Counted from the stretch's first letter, positions 14,657 through 31,000 are shown. The stretch is DNA of 64,000 nucleotides from Balanoglossus misakiensis (GCA_040954595.2 CM082593.2:10677477-10741476); one strand, 5' to 3'. Translations and numbers: made by a program. The notes: a model not told the origin generated them from the letters alone.

Positions 14657-17600
14657 CAATTTCGTCGATTTTTGAAAAAAATCATGTGTGAAAATCATCA
14701 AAAAATGACAAATTTTCGACTTTGCAAAATCTCAAAATTTCGTCAATTTTTGAAAAAATCATGGGTGAAAATCATCAAAAAATGACAAATTTTCGTCTTT
14801 GCAAAATCTCAACATTTCGTCCATTTAAAAACAAAAACGGGGGAAAATCATCAAAAAATGACAAATTTTCGACTTTGCAAAATCTCAAAATTTCGTCGAT
14901 TTTTGAAAAAAATCATGGGTGAAAATCATCAAAAAATGACAAATTTTCGACTTTGCAAAATCTCAAAATTTCGTCAATTTTTGAAAAAATCATGGGTGAA
15001 AATCATCAAAAAATGACAAATTTTCGACTTCGCAAAATCTCAAAATTTCGTCGATTTTTAAAAAAAGACATGGGTGAAAATCATCAAAAAATGACAAATT
15101 TTCGACTTTGTAAAATCTCACAATTTCGTCGATTTTGAAAAAAATCATAGGTTCGTCGATTTTTTAAAAAAAAACATGGGTGAAAATATTCACAAAATGA
15201 CAAATTTTGAAAAAAAAACGGGTGAAAATCATCAAAAAATGACACATTTTCGTCGACTTTGCAAAATCTCAAAATTTCGTCGATTTTGAAAAAAATCATA
15301 GGTTCGTCGATTTTTAAAAAAAAAACATGGGTGAAAATCATCACAAAATGACAAATTTTGAAAAAAAAAAACGGGTGAAAATCATCAAAAAATGACAAAT
15401 TTTCGACTTTGCAAAATCTCAAAATTTCGTCAATTTTTGAAAAAATCATGGGTGAAAATCATCACAAAATGACAAATTTTGAAAAAAAAACGGGTGAAAA
15501 TCATCAAAAAATGACAAATTTTCGTCTTTGCAAAATCTCAAAATTTCGTCCATTTAAAAAAAAAAAACGGGGGAAAATCATCAAAAAATGACACATTTTC
15601 GACTTTGCAAAATCTCAAAATTTCGTCAATTTTTGAAAAAATCATTGATGAAAATCATCAAAAAATGACAAATTTTCGTCTTTGCAAAATCTCAAAATTT
15701 CGTCGGTTTTTAAAAAATAATATGGGTGAAAACCATCAAAAAATGACAAATTTTTGACTGCAAAATCTCAACATTTAGTCGATTTTTGAAAAAAATCATG
15801 GGTGAAAATCATCAAAAAATGACAAATTTTCGACTTTGCAAAATCTCAAAATTTCGTCGGTTTTGAAAAAAATCATGGGTTCGTCGATTTTTTTAAATAA
15901 AAACATGGGTGAAAATCATCAAAAAATGACAAATGTTCGACTTTGCAAAATCTCAAAATTTCGTCGATTTTGAAAAAAATCATAGGTTCGTCGATTTTTT
16001 AAAAAAAAACATGGGTGAAAATCATCACAAAATGACAAATTTTGAAAAAAAAACGGGTGAAAATCATCAAAAAATGACACATTTACGACTTTGCAAAATC
16101 TCAAAATTTCGTCGATTTTTGGAAAAAAACCATGGGTGAAAATCATGAAAAAATGACAAATTTTCCTCTTTGCAAAATCTCAAAATTTCGTCGATTTTTG
16201 AAAAAAAATCATGGGTGAAAATCATCACAAAATGACAAATTTTGAAAAAAAAAACGGGTGAAAATCATCAAAAAATGACAAATTTTCGACTTTGCAAAAT
16301 CTCAAAATTTCGTCGATTTTTGAAAAAAATAATGGGGAAAATGATCAAAAAATGACAAATTTTCGACTGCAAAATTTCAAAATTTCGTCAATTTTGAAAA
16401 AATCATGGGTGAAAATCATCAAAAAATGACAAATTTTCGACTGCAAAATCTCAAAATTTCGTCGATTTTTGAAAAAAAATCATGGGTAAAAATCATCAAA
16501 AATGACAAATTTTCGTCTTTGCAAAATCTCAAACTTTCGTCCATTTTTAAAAAACAATCATGGGGGAAAATCATCAAAAAATGACAAATTTTCGATTTTG
16601 CAAAATCTCAAAATTTCGTCGATTTTTGAAAAAAAATGTGTGAAAATCATCAAAAAATGACACATTTTCGTCGACTTTGCAAAATCTCAAAATTTCGTCG
16701 ATTTTTGAAAAAAATCATGGGGGAAAATCATGAAAAAATGACAAATTTTCGACTTTGCAAAATCTCAAAATTTCGTCAATTTTGAATAAAAATCATGGGT
16801 GAAAATCATCAAAAAATGACAAATTTTCGACTTTGCAAAATCTCACAATTTCGTCGATTTTGTTCACCAAAAAATGAGAAATTTTCGGCTTTGCAAAATC
16901 TCAAAATTTCGTCAATTTTGAAAAAAATCATGGGTGAAAATCATCAAAAAATGACAAATTTTCGACTTTGCAAAATCTCAAAATTTCGTCGATTTTTGAA
17001 GAAAATCATGGGTGAAAATCATCAAAAAATGACAAATTTTCGACTTTGCAAAATCTCAAAATTTTTTCGATTGTTGAAAAAAATCATCGGTGAAAATCAT
17101 CAAAAAATGACAAATTTTCGACTTTGCAAAATCTCAAAATTTTGTTGATTTTTGAAAAAAATCATAGGTGAAAATCATCAAAAAATGACAAATTTTCGAC
17201 TTTGCAAAATCTCAAAATTTCGTCGATTTTTGAAGAAAATCATGGGTGAAAATCATCAAAAAATGACAAATTTTGAAAAAAAAACGGGTGAAAATCATCA
17301 AAAAATGACATATTTACGACTTTGCAAAATCTCAAAATTTCGTCGATTTTTGAAAAAAAACCGGGTGAAAATCATCAAAAAATGACACATTTACGACTTT
17401 GCAAAATCTCAAAATTTCGTCGATTTTTGAAAAAAAATCATGGGTGAAAATCATCAAAAAATGACAAATTTTCGATTTTGCTAAATCTCAAAATTTCGTC
17501 GATTTTTGAAAAAAACGGGTGAAAATCATCAAAAAATGACACATTTTCGTCGACTTTGCAAAATCTCAAAATTTCGTCGATTTTTGAAGAAAATCATGGG

Positions 17601-20600
17601 TGAAAATCATCAAAAAATTACAAATTTTCGACTTTGCAAAATCTCAAAATTTCGTCAATTTTGAAAAAAATCATCGGTGAAAATCATCAAAAAATTACAA
17701 ATTTTTTACTGCAAAATCTCAAATTTTCGTCGATTTTTTAAAAAAATTGTTGAAAATCATCAAAAAATGACAAATTTTCCTCTCTTGCAAAATCTGAAAA
17801 TTTCATCGATTTTTGAGAAAAATCATGGGTGAAAATCAACAAAAAATGACAAATTTTCGACTTTGCAAAATCTCAAATTTTCGTCGATTTTTGAAAAAAA
17901 TCATGGGGGAAAATGATCAAAAAATGACAAATTTTCGACTGCAAAATCTCAAAATTTCGTCAATTTTGAAAAAAATCATGGGTGAAAATCATGAAAAAAT
18001 GACAATTTTTTTACTGCAAAATCTCAAAATTTCATCGATTTTTGAAAAAAATCATGGGTGAAAATCATCAAAAAATGACAAATTTTCGACTTTGCAAAAT
18101 CTCAAAATTTCGTCGATTTTTGAAAAACAAAATCATGGGAAAAAATCTTCAAAAAATGACAAATTTTCGACTTTGCAAAATCTCAAAATTTCGTCGATTT
18201 TTGAAAAAAATAATGGGGAAAATGATCAAAAAATGACAAATTTTCGACTGCAAAATTTCAAAATTTCGTCAATTTTGAAAAAAATCATGGTCGAAAATCA
18301 TCAAATAATGACAATTTTTTTACTGCAAAATCTCAAAATTTCATCGATTTTTGAAAAAAATCATGGGTGAAAATCATCAAAAAATGACAAATTTTCGACT
18401 TTGCAAAATCTCAAAATTTCGTCGATTTTTGAAGAAAATCAAGGGTGAAAATCATCAAAAAATGACAAATTTTCCTCTTTGCAAAATCTCAAAATTTCGT
18501 CGATTTTTAAAAAAAGACATGGGTGTAAATCATCAAAAAATAACAAATTTTCGACTTTGCAAAATCTCAAAATTTCGTCGATTTTTGAAAAAAATCATGT
18601 GTGAAAATCATTAAAAAATGACAAATTTTCGACTTTGCAAAATCTCAAAATTTCGTCAATTTTTGAAAAAATCATGGGTGAAAATCATCAAAAAATGACA
18701 AATTTTCGTCTTTGCAAAATCTCAAAATTTCGTCCATTTTAAAAAAAAAACGGGGGAAAATGATCAAAAAATGACAAATTTTCGACTGCAAAATCTCAAA
18801 ATTTCGTCAATTTTGAAAAAAATCATGGTCGAAAATCATCAAATAATGACAATTTTTTTACTGCAAAATCTCAAAATTTCATCGATTTTTGAAAAAAATC
18901 ATGGGTGAAAATCATCAAAAAATGACAAATTTTCGACTTTGCAAAATCTCAAAATTTCGTCGATTTTTGAAGAAAATCAAGGGTGAAAATCATCAAAAAA
19001 TGACAAATTTTCGACTTTGCAAAATCTGAAAATTTCGTCGATTTTTGAAAAAAATCATGGGTGAAAATCATCAAAAAATGACAAATTTTCGACTTTGCAA
19101 AATCTCAAAATTTCGTCAATTTTTGAAAAAATCATGGGTGAAAATCATCAAAAAATGACAAATTTTCGGCTTTGCAAAATCTCAAAATTTCGTCAATTTT
19201 GAAAAAAATCATGGGTGAAAATCATCAAAAAATGACAAATTTTCGACTTTGCAAAATCTCAAAATTTCGTCGATTTTTGAAAAAAATCATGGGTGAAAAT
19301 CATCAAAAAAATGACAAATTTTCGACTTTGCAAAATCTCAAAATTTCGTCGATTTTTGAAGAAAATCATGGGTGAAAATCATCAAAAAATGACAAATTTT
19401 CGACTTTGCAAAATCTCAAAATTTTTTCGATTGTTGAAAAAAATCATCGGTGAAAATCATCAAAAAATGACAAATTTTCGACTTTGCAAAATCTGAAAAT
19501 TTCGTCGATTTTTGAAAAAAATCATGGGTGAAATCATCAAAAAATGACAAATTTTCGACTTTGCAAAATCTCAAAATTTCGTCAATTTTTGAAAAAATCA
19601 TGGGTGAAAATCATCAAAAAATGACAAATTTTCGGCTTTGCAAAATCTCAAAATTTCGTCAATTTTGAAAAAAATCATGGGTGAAAATCATCAAAAAATG
19701 ACAAATTTTCGACTTTGCAAAATCTCAAAATTTCGTCGATTTTTGAAAAAAATCATGGGTGAAAATCATCAAAAAAATGACAAATTTTCGACTTTGCAAA
19801 ATCTCAAAATTTCGTCGATTTTTGAAGAAAATCATGGGTGAAAATCATCAAAAAATGACAAATTTTCGACTTTGCAAAATCTCAAAATTTTTTCGATTGT
19901 TGAAAAAAATCATCGGTGAAAATCATCAAAAAATGACAAATTTTCGACTTTGCAAAATCTCAAAATTTCGTCGATTTTTGAAGAAAATCATGGGTGAAAA
20001 TCATCAAAAAATGACAAATTTTGAAAAAAAAACGGGTGAAAATCATCAAAAAATGACATATTTACGACTTTGCAAAATCTCAAAATTTCGTCGATTTTTG
20101 AAAAAAAACCGGGTGAAAATCATCAAAAAATGACACATTTACGACTTTGCAAAATCTCAAAATTTCGTCGATTTTTGAAAAAAAATCATGGGTGAAAATC
20201 ATCAAAAAATGACAAATTTTCGATTTTGCTAAATCTCAAAATTTCGTCGATTTTTGAAAAAAACGGGTGAAAATCATCAAAAAATGACACATTTTCGTCG
20301 ACTTTGCAAAATCTCAAAATTTCGTCGATTTTTGAAGAAAATCATGGGTGAAAATCATCAAAAAATTACAAATTTTCGACTTTGCAAAATCTCAAAATTT
20401 CGTCAATTTTGAAAAAAATCATCGGTGAAAATCATCAAAAAATTACAATTTTTTTACTGCAAAATCTCAAATTTTCGTCGATTTTTTAAAAAAATTGTTG
20501 AAAATCATCAAAAAATGACAAATTTTCCTCTCTTGCAAAATCTGAAAATTTCGTCGATTTTTGAGAAAAATCATGGGTGAAAATCAACAAAAAATGACAA

Positions 20601-23600
20601 ATTTTCGACTTTGCAAAATCTCAAATTTTCGTCGATTTTTGAAAAAAATCATGGGGGAAAATGATCAAAAAATGACAAATTTTCGACTGCAAAATCTCAA
20701 AATTTCGTCAATTTTGAAAAAAATCATGGGTGAAAATCATGAAAAAATGACAATTTTTTTACTGCAAAATCTCAAAATTTCATCGATTTTTGAAAAAAAT
20801 CATGGGTGAAAATCATCAAAAAATGACAAATTTTCGACTTTGCAAAATCTCAAAATTTCGTCGATTTTTGAAAAACAAAATCATGGGAAAAAATCTTCAA
20901 AAAATGACAAATTTTCGACTTTGCAAAATCTCAAAATTTCGTCGATTTTTGAAAAAAATAATGGGGAAAATGATCAAAAAATGACAAATTTTCGACTGCA
21001 AAATTTCAAAATTTCGTCAATTTTGAAAAAAATCATGGTCGAAAATCATCAAATAATGACAATTTTTTTACTGCAAAATCTCAAAATTTCATCGATTTTT
21101 GAAAAAAATCATGGGTGAAAATCATCAAAAAATGACAAATTTTCGACTTTGCAAAATCTCAAAATTTCGTCGATTTTTGAAGAAAATCAAGGGTGAAAAT
21201 CATCAAAAAATGACAAATTTTCCTCTTTGCAAAATCTCAAAATTTCGTCGATTTTTAAAAAAAGACATGGGTGTAAATCATCAAAAAATAACAAATTTTC
21301 GACTTTGCAAAATCTCAAAATTTCGTCGATTTTTGAAAAAAATCATGTGTGAAAATCATTAAAAAATGACAAATTTTCGACTTTGCAAAATCTCAAAATT
21401 TCGTCAATTTTTGAAAAAATCATGGGTGAAAATCATCAAAAAATGACAAATTTTCGTCTTTGCAAAATCTCAAAATTTCGTCCATTTTAAAAAAAAAACG
21501 GGGGAAAATGATCAAAAAATGACAAATTTTCGACTGCAAAATCTCAAAATTTCGTCAATTTTGAAAAAAATCATGGTCGAAAATCATCAAATAATGACAA
21601 TTTTTTTACTGCAAAATCTCAAAATTTCATCGATTTTTGAAAAAAATCATGGGTGAAAATCATCAAAAAATGACAAATTTTCGACTTTGCAAAATCTCAA
21701 AATTTCGTCGATTTTTGAAGAAAATCAAGGGTGAAAATCATCAAAAAATGACAAATTTTCGACTTTGCAAAATCTGAAAATTTCGTCGATTTTTGAAAAA
21801 AATCATGGGTGAAAATCATCAAAAAATGACAAATTTTCGACTTTGCAAAATCTCAAAATTTCGTCAATTTTTGAAAAAATCATGGGTGAAAATCATCAAA
21901 AAATGACAAATTTTCGTCTTTGCAAAATCTCAAAATTTCGTCGGTTTTTGAAAAATAATATGGGTGAAAATCATCAAAAAATGACAAATTTTCGACTTTG
22001 CAAAATCTCAAAATTTCGTCGGTTTTGAAAAAAATCATGGGTTCGTCGATTTTTTTAAATAAAAACATGGGTGAAAATCATCAAAAAATGACAAATGTTC
22101 GACTTTGCAAAATCTAAAAATTTCGTCGATTTTTGAAAAAAAATCATGGGTGAAAATCATCAAAAAATGACAAATTTTCGTCTTTGCAAAATCTCAAAAT
22201 TTCGTCCATTTTTGAAAAAAAATCATGGGTAAAAATCATCAAAAATGACAAATTTTCGTCTTTGCAAAATCTCAAATTTTCGTCGATTTTTGAAAAAAAA
22301 TCATGGTTGAAAATCATCAAAAAATGACAAAATGTTCGACTTTGTAAAATCACAAAATTTCGTCGATTTTGAAAAAAATCATAGGTTCGTCGATTTTTTT
22401 AAAAAAAACATGGGTGAAAATCATCAAAAAATGACAAATTTTGAAAAAAAAACGGGTGAAAATCATCAAAAAATGACCTATTTTCGTCGACTTTGCAAAA
22501 TCTCAAAATTTCGTCGATTTTTGAAAAAAATCATGGGGGAAAATCATGAAAAAATGACATATTTTCCTCTTTGCAAAATCTCAAAATTTCGTCGATTTTT
22601 AAAAAAAGACATGGGTGAAAATCATCAAAAAATAACAACTTTTCGACTTTGCAAAATCTCAAAATTTCGTCCATTTTTGAAAAAAAATCATGGGTAAAAA
22701 TCATCAAAAAATGACAAATTTTCGTCTTTGCAAAATCTCACAATTTCGTCGATTTTTGAAAAAAATCATGTGTGAAAATCATCAAAAAATGACAAATTTT
22801 CGACTTTGCAAAATCTCAAAATTTCGTCAATTTTTGAAAAAATCATGGGTGAAAATCATCAAAAAATGACAAATTTTCGTCTTTGCAAAATCTCAACATT
22901 TCGTCCATTTAAAAACAAAAACGGGGGAAAATCATCAAAAAATGACAAATTTTCGACTTTGCAAAATCTCAAAATTTCGTCAATTTTGAAAAAAATCATG
23001 GGTGAAAATCATCAAAAAATGACAAATTTTCGACTTTGCAAAATCTCAAAATTTCGTCAATTTTTGAAAAAATCATGGGTGAAAATCATCAAAAAATGAC
23101 AAATTTTCGACTTTGCAAAATCTCAAAATTTCGTCAATTTTTGAAAAAATCATGGGTGAAAATCATCAAAAAATGACAAATTTTCGACTTTGCAAAATCT
23201 CAAAATTTCGTCAATTTTTGAAAAAATCATGGGTGAAAATCATCAAAAAATGACAAATTTTCGACTTCGCAAAATCTCAAAATTTCGTCGATATTAAAAA
23301 AAGACATGGGTGAAAATCATCAAAAAATGACAAATTTTCGACTTTGTAAAATCTCACAATTTCGTCGATTTTGAAAAAAATCATAGGTTCGTCGATTTTT
23401 TAAAAAAAAACATGGGTGAAAATATTCACAAAATGACAAATTTTGAAAAAAAAACGGGTGAAAATCATCAAAAAATGACACATTTTCGTCGACTTTGCAA
23501 AATCTCAAAATTTCGTCGATTTTGAAAAAAATCATAGGTTCGTCGATTTTTAAAAAAAAAACATGGGTGAAAATCATCACAAAATGACAAATTTTGAAAA

Positions 23601-26600
23601 AAAACGGGTGAAAATCATCAAAAAATGACAAATTTTCGACTTTGCAAAATCTCAAAATTTCGTCAATTTTTGAAAAAATCATGGGTGAAAATCATCACAA
23701 AATGACAAATTTTGAAAAAAAAACGGGTGAAAATCATCAAAAAATGACAAATTTTCGTCTTTGCAAAATCTCAAAATTTCGTCCATTTAAAAAAAAAACG
23801 GGGGAAAATCATCAAAAAATGACACATTTTCGACTTTGCAAAATCTCAAAATTTCGTCAATTTTTGAAAAAATCATTGATGAAAATCATCAAAAAATGAC
23901 AAATTTTCGTCTTTGCAAAATCTCAAAATTTCGTCGGTTTTTAAAAAATAATATGGGTGAAAACCATCAAAAAATGACAAATTTTTGACTGCAAAATCTC
24001 AACATTTAGTCGATTTTTGAAAAAAATCATGGGTGAAAATCATCAAAAAATGACAAATTTTCGACTTTGCAAAATCTCAAAATTTCGTCGGTTTTGAAAA
24101 AAATCATGGGTTCTTCGATTTTTTTAAATAAAAACATGGGTGAAAATCATCAAAAAATGACAAATGTTCGACTTTGCAAAATCTCAAAATTTCGTCAATT
24201 TTTGAAAACAATCATGGGGGAAAATCATCAAAAAATGACAAATTTTCGACTTTGTAAAATCTAACAATTTCGTCGATTTTGAAAAAAATCATAGGTTCGT
24301 CGATTTTTTAAAAAAAAAACATGGGTGAAAATCATCACAAAATGACAAATTTTGAAAAAAAAACGGGTGAAAATCATCAAAAAATGACACATTTACGACT
24401 TTGCAAAATCTCAAAATTTTGTCGATTTTTGGAAAAAAACCATGGGTGAAAATCATGAAAAAATGACAAATTTTCCTCTTTGCAAAATCTCAAAATTTCG
24501 TCGATTTTTGAAAAAATATCATGGGTGAAAATCATCACAAAATGACAAATTTTGAAAAAAAAACGGGTGAAAATCATCAAAAAATGACAAATTTTCGACT
24601 TTGCAAAATCTCAAAATTTCGTCGATTTTTGAAAAAAATAATGGGGAAAATGATCAAAAAATGACAAATTTTCGACTGCAAAATTTCAAAATTTCGTCAA
24701 TTTTGAAAAAATCATGGGTGAAAATCATCAAAAAATGACAAATTTTCGACTGCAAAATCTCAAAATTTCGTCGATTTTTGAAAAAAAATCATGGGTAAAA
24801 ATCATCAAAAATGACAAATTTTCGTCTTTGCAAAATCTCAAACTTTCGTCCATTTTTAAAAAACAATCATGGGGGAAAATCATCAAAAAATGACAAATTT
24901 TCGATTTTGCAAAATCTCAAAATTTCGTCGATTTTTGAAAAAAAATGTGTGAAAATCATCAAAAAATGACACATTTTCGTCGACTTTGCAAAATCTCAAA
25001 ATTTCGTCGATTTTTGAAAAAAATCATGGGGGAAAATCATGAAAAAATGACAAATTTTCGACTTTGCAAAATCTCAAAATTTCGTCAATTTTGAATAAAA
25101 ATCATGGGTGAAAATCATCAAAAAATGACAAATTTTCGACTTTGCAAAATCTCACAATTTCGTCGATTTTGTTCACCAAAAAATGAGAAATTTTCGGCTT
25201 TGCAAAATCTCAAAATTTCGTCAATTTTGAAAAAAATCATGGGTGAAAATCATCAAAAAATGACAAATTTTCGACTTTGCAAAATCTCAAAATTTCGTCG
25301 ATTTTTGAAAAAAATCATGGGTTAAAATCATCAAAAAAATGACAAATTTTCGACTTTGCAAAATCTCAAAATTTCGTCAATTTTTGAAGAAAATCATGGG
25401 TGAAAATCATCAAAAAATGACAAATTTTCGACTTTGCAAAATCTCAAAATTTTTTCGATTGTTGAAAAAAATCATCGGTGAAAATCATCAAAAAATGACA
25501 AATTTTCGACTTTGCAAAATCTCAAAATTTTGTTGATTTTTGAAAAAAATCATAGGTGAAAATCATCAAAAAATGACAAATTTTCGACTTTGCAAAATCT
25601 CAAAATTTCGTCGATTTTTGAAGAAAATCATGGGTGAAAATCATCAAAAAATGACAAATTTTGAAAAAAAACGGGTGAAAATCATCAAAAAATGACATAT
25701 TTACGACTTTGCAAAATCTCAAAATTTCGTCGATTTTTGAAAAAAAACCGGGTGAAAATCATCAAAAAATGACACATTTACGACTTTGCAAAATCTCAAA
25801 ATTTCGTCGATTTTTGAAAAAAAATCATGGGTGAAAATCATCAAAAAATGACAAATTTTCGATTTTGCTAAATCTCAAAATTTCGTCGATTTTTGAAAAA
25901 AACGGGTGAAAATCATCAAAAAATGACACATTTTCGTCGACTTTGCAAAATCTCAAAATTTCGTCGATTTTTGAAGAAAATCATGGGTGAAAATCATCAA
26001 AAAATTACAAATTTTCGACTTTGCAAAATCTCAAAATTTCGTCAATTTTGAAAAAAATCATCGGTGAAAATCATCAAAAAATTACAAATTTTTTACTGCA
26101 AAATCTCAAATTTTCGTCGATTTTTTAAAAAAATTGTTGAAAATCATCAAAAAATGACAAATTTTCCTCTCTTGCAAAATCTGAAAATTTCGTCGATTTT
26201 TGAGAAAAATCATGGGTGAAAATCAACAAAAAATGACAAATTTTCGACTTTGCAAAATCTCAAATTTTCGTCGATTTTTGAAAAAAATCATGGGGGAAAA
26301 TGATCAAAAAATGACAAATTTTCGACTGCAAAATCTCAAAATTTCGTCAATTTTGAAAAAATCATGGGTGAAAATCATGAAAAAATGACAATTTTTTTAC
26401 TGCAAAATCTCAAAATTTCATCGATTTTTGAAAAAAAATCATGGGTGAAAATCATCAAAAAATGACAAATTTTCGACTTTGCAAAATCTCAAAATTTCGT
26501 CGATTTTTGAAAAACAAAATCATGGGAAAAAATCTTCAAAAAATGACAAATTTTCGACTTTGCAAAATCTCAAAATTTCGTCGATATTTGAAAAAAATAA

Positions 26601-26660
26601 TGGGGAAAATGATCAAAAAATGACAAATTTTCGACTGCAAAATTTCAAAATTTCGTCAAT
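13000..26660 (+). repeat. Higher-order blocks: ~5.3-kb unit, an internally deleted ~2.75-kb copy, then a ~5.6-kb copy
   Basis: The rare variant GGGTGTAAATC occurs near 13263, 18521 and 21269 (ORF offsets 5258 and 2748). The unique junction GATTTTGTTCACCAAAAAATGAG occurs near 16860 and 25170. ORF pairs 13759/21843, 14722/22806 and 16795/25104 match. Boundaries are approximate. Confidence 0.85.
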
Positions 26661-28099
26661 TTTGAAAAAATCATGGGTGAAAATCATCAAAAAATGACAA
26701 ATTTTCGACTGCAAATCTCAAAATTTCGTCGATTTTTGAAAAAAAAAACGGGTGAAAATCATCAAAAAATGACAAATTTTCGACTGCAAAAACTCAAAAT
26801 TTCGTCAATTTTGAAAAAAATCATGGGTGAAAATCATCAAAAAATGACAAATTTTCCTCTTTGCAAAATCTATAAATTTCGTCGATTTTGAAAAAAATCA
26901 TGGGTGAAAATAATCAAAAAATGACAAATTTTCGACTTTGCAAAATCTCAAAATTTCGTCAATTTTGAAAAAAATCATCGGTGAAAATCATCAAAAAATT
27001 ACAAATTTTTTACTGCAAAATCTCAAATTTTCGTCGATTTTTTAAAAAAATTATTGAAAATCATCAAAAAATGACAAATTTTCCTCTCTTGCAAAATCTG
27101 AAAATTTCGTCGATTTTTGAGAAAAATCATGGGTGAAAATCAACAAAAAATGACAAATTTTCGACTTTGCAAAATCTCAAATTTTCGTCGATTTTTGAAA
27201 AAAATCATGGGGGAAAATGATCAAAAAATGACAAATTTTCGACTGCAAAATCTCAAAATTTCGTCAATTTTGAAAAAAATCATGGGTGAAAATCATGAAA
27301 AAATGACAATTTTTTTACTGCAAAATCTCAAAATTTCATCGATTTTTGAAAAAAATCATGGGTGAAAATCATCAAAAAATGACAAATTTTCGACTTTGCA
27401 AAATCTCAAAATTTCGTCGATTTTTGAAAAACAAAATCATGGGAAAAAATCTTCAAAAAATGACAAATTTTCGACTTTGCAAAATCTCAAAATTTCGTCG
27501 ATTTTTGAAAAAAATAATGGGGAAAATGATCAAAAAATGACAAATTTTCGACTGCAAAATTTCAAAATTTCGTCAATTTTGAAAAAATCATGGGTGAAAA
27601 TCATCAAAAAATGACAAATTTTCGACTGCAAAATCTCAAAATTTCGTCGATTTTTGAAAAAAAAACGGGTGAAAATCATCAAAAAATGACAAATTTTCGA
27701 CTGCAAAAACTCAAAATTTCGTCAATTTTTGAAAAAAATCATGGGTGAAAATCATCAAAAAATGACAAATTTTCGACTTTGCAAAATCTGAAAATTTCAT
27801 CGATTTTTGAAAAAATCATGGGTGAAAATCATGAAAAAATGACAAATTTTCGACTGCAAAATCTCAAAATTTCGTAGATTTTTGAAATAAATCATTGTTG
27901 AAAATTATCAAAAATTGACAAATTTTCCTCTTTGCAAAATCTCAAAATTTCGTCGATTTTTTGAAAAATTTTCAACTTTGCAAAATCTCAAAATTTCGTT
28001 GATTTTTGAAAAAAATCATGGGGGAAAATCATCAAAAATGACAAATTTACGACTACAAAATCTCAAAATTTCGTCAATTTTGAAAAAAATCATGGGTGA

Positions 28100-31000
28100 A
28101 AATCATCAAAAAATGACAAATTTTCGACTTTGCAAAATCTGAAAATTTCATCGATTTTTGAAAAAATCATGGGTGAAAATCATGAAAAAATGACAAAATT
28201 TTCGACTGCAAAATCTCAAAATTTCGTAGATTTTTGAAATAAATCATTGTTGAAAATTATCAAAAAATGACAAATTTTCCTCTTTGCAAAATCTATAAAT
28301 TTCGTCGATTTTTGAAAAATTTTCAACTTTGCAAAATCTCAAAATTTCGTCGATTTTTGAAGAAAATCATGGGGGAAAATCATCAAAAAATGACAAATTT
28401 TTGAACTGAAAAATCTCAAATTTTCGTCGATTTTTTAAAAAAATTGTTGAAAATCATCAAAAAATGACAAATTTTTGACTTTGCAAAATCTCAAAATTTC
28501 GTCAATTTTGAAAAAAATCATGGGTGAAAATCATCAAAAAATGACAAATTTTCGACTTTGCAAAATCTGAAAATTTCGTCGATTTTTGAGAAAAATCATG
28601 GGTGAAAATCATCAAAAAATGACAAATTTTCGACTTTGCAAAATCTGAAAATTTCGTCGATTTTTTGAGAAAAATCATGGGTGAAAATCATCAAAAAATG
28701 ACAAATTTTCGACTTTGCAAAATCTCAAATTTTCGTCGATTTTTGAAAAAAATCATGGGGGAAAATGATCAAAAAATGACAAATTTTCGACTGCAAAATC
28801 TCAAAATTTCGTCAATTTTGAAAAAAATCATGGGTGAAAATCATGAAAAAATGACAATTTTTTTACTGCAAAATCTCAAAATTTCATCGATTTTTGAAAA
28901 AAATCATGGGTGAAAATCATCAAAAAATGACAAATTTCGACTTTGCAAAATCTCAAAATTTCGTCGATTTTTGAAGAAAATCAAGGGTGAAAATCATCAA
29001 AAAATGACAAATTTTCGACTTTGCAAAATCTCAAAATTTCGTCGATTTTTGAAAAAAATAATGGGGAAAATGATCAAAAAATGACAAATTTTCGACTGCA
29101 AAATTTCAAAATTTCGTCAATTTTGAAAAAATCATGGGTGAAAATCATCAAAAAATGACAAATTTTCGACTGCAAAATCTCAAAATTTCGTCGATTTTTG
29201 AAAAAAAAACGGGTGAAAATCATCAAAAAATGACAAATTTTCGACTGCAAAAACTCAAAATTTCGTCAATTTTGAAAAAAATCATGGGTGAAATCATCAA
29301 AAAATGACAAATTTTCCTCTTTGCAAAATCTATAAATTTCGTCGATTTTTGAAAAATTTTCAACTTTGCAAAATCTCAAAATTTCGTCGATTTTAGAAAA
29401 AAATCATGGGGGAAAATCATCAAAAAATGACAAATTTTCGACTGCAAAATCTCAAAATTTCGTCGATTTTTGAAATAAATCATTGTTGAAAATTATCAAA
29501 AAATGACAAATTTTCCTCTTTGCAAAATCTCAAAATTTCGTCGATTTTTTGAAAAAAGACGGGTGAAAATCATCAAAAAATGACAAATTTACGACTACAA
29601 AATCTCAAAATTTCGTCGATTTGTGAAAAAAAATCATGGGTGAAAATCATCAAAAAATGACAAATTTTCGACTTTGCAAAATCTCAAAATTTTGCCAATT
29701 TTGAAAAAATCATGGGTGAAATCATCAAAAAATGACAAATTTTTTACTGCAAAATCTCAAATTTTCGTCGATTTTTTAAAAAAATTGTTGAAAATCATCA
29801 AAAAATGACAAAATTTTCGACTTTGTAAAATCACAAAATTTCGTCGATTTTGAAAAAAATCATAGGTTCGTCGATTTTTAAAAAAAAAACATGGGTGAAA
29901 ATCATCAAAAAATGACAAATTTAAAAAAAAACGGGTGAAAATCATCAAAAAATGACAAATTTTCCTCCTTGCAAAATCTCAAAATTTCGTCGATTTTTGA
30001 AAAAAGACATGGGTGAAAATCATCAAAAAATGACAAATTTTCGACTTTGCAAAATCTCAAAATTTCGTCAATTTTGAAAAAAATCATGGTCGAAAATCAT
30101 CAAATAATGACAATTTTTTTACTGCAAAATCTCAAAATTTCATCGATTTTTGAAAAAAATCATGGGTGAAAATCATCAAAAAATGACAAATTTTCGACTT
30201 TGCAAAATCTCAAAATTTCGTCGATTTTTGAAGAAAATCAAGGGTGAAAATCATCAAAAAATGACAAATTTTCGACTTTGCAAAATCTGAAAATTTCATC
30301 GATTTTTGAAAAAATCATGGGTGAAAATCATGAAAAAATGACAAATTTTCGACTGCAAAATCTCAAAATTTCGTAGATTTTTGAAATAAATCATTGTTGA
30401 AAATTATCAAAAAATGACAAATTTTCCTCTTTGCAAAATCTATAAATTTCGTCGATTTTTGAAAAATTTTCAACTTTGCAAAATCTCAAAATTTCGTCGA
30501 TTTTTGAAGAAAATCATGGGGGAAAATCATCAAAAAATGACAAATTTTTGACTGAAAAATCTCAAATTTTCGTCGATTTTTTAAAAAAATTGTTGAAAAT
30601 CATCAAAAAATGACAAATTTTTGACTTTGCAAAATCTCAAAATTTCGTCAATTTTGAAAAAAATCATGGGTGAAAATCATCAAAAAATGACAAATTTTCG
30701 ACTTTGCAAAATCTGAAAATTTCGTCGATTTTTGAGAAAAATCATGGGTGAAAATCATCAAAAAATGACAAATTTTCGACTTTGCAAAATCTGAAAATTT
30801 CGTCGATTTTTGAGAAAAATCATGGGTGAAAATCATCAAAAAATGACAAATTTTCGACTTTGCAAAATCTCAAATTTTCGTCGATTTTTGAAAAAAATCA
30901 TGGGGGAAAATGATCAAAAAATGACAAATTTTCGACTGCAAAATCTCAAAATTTCGTCAATTTTGAAAAAAATCATGGGTGAAAATCATGAAAAAATGAC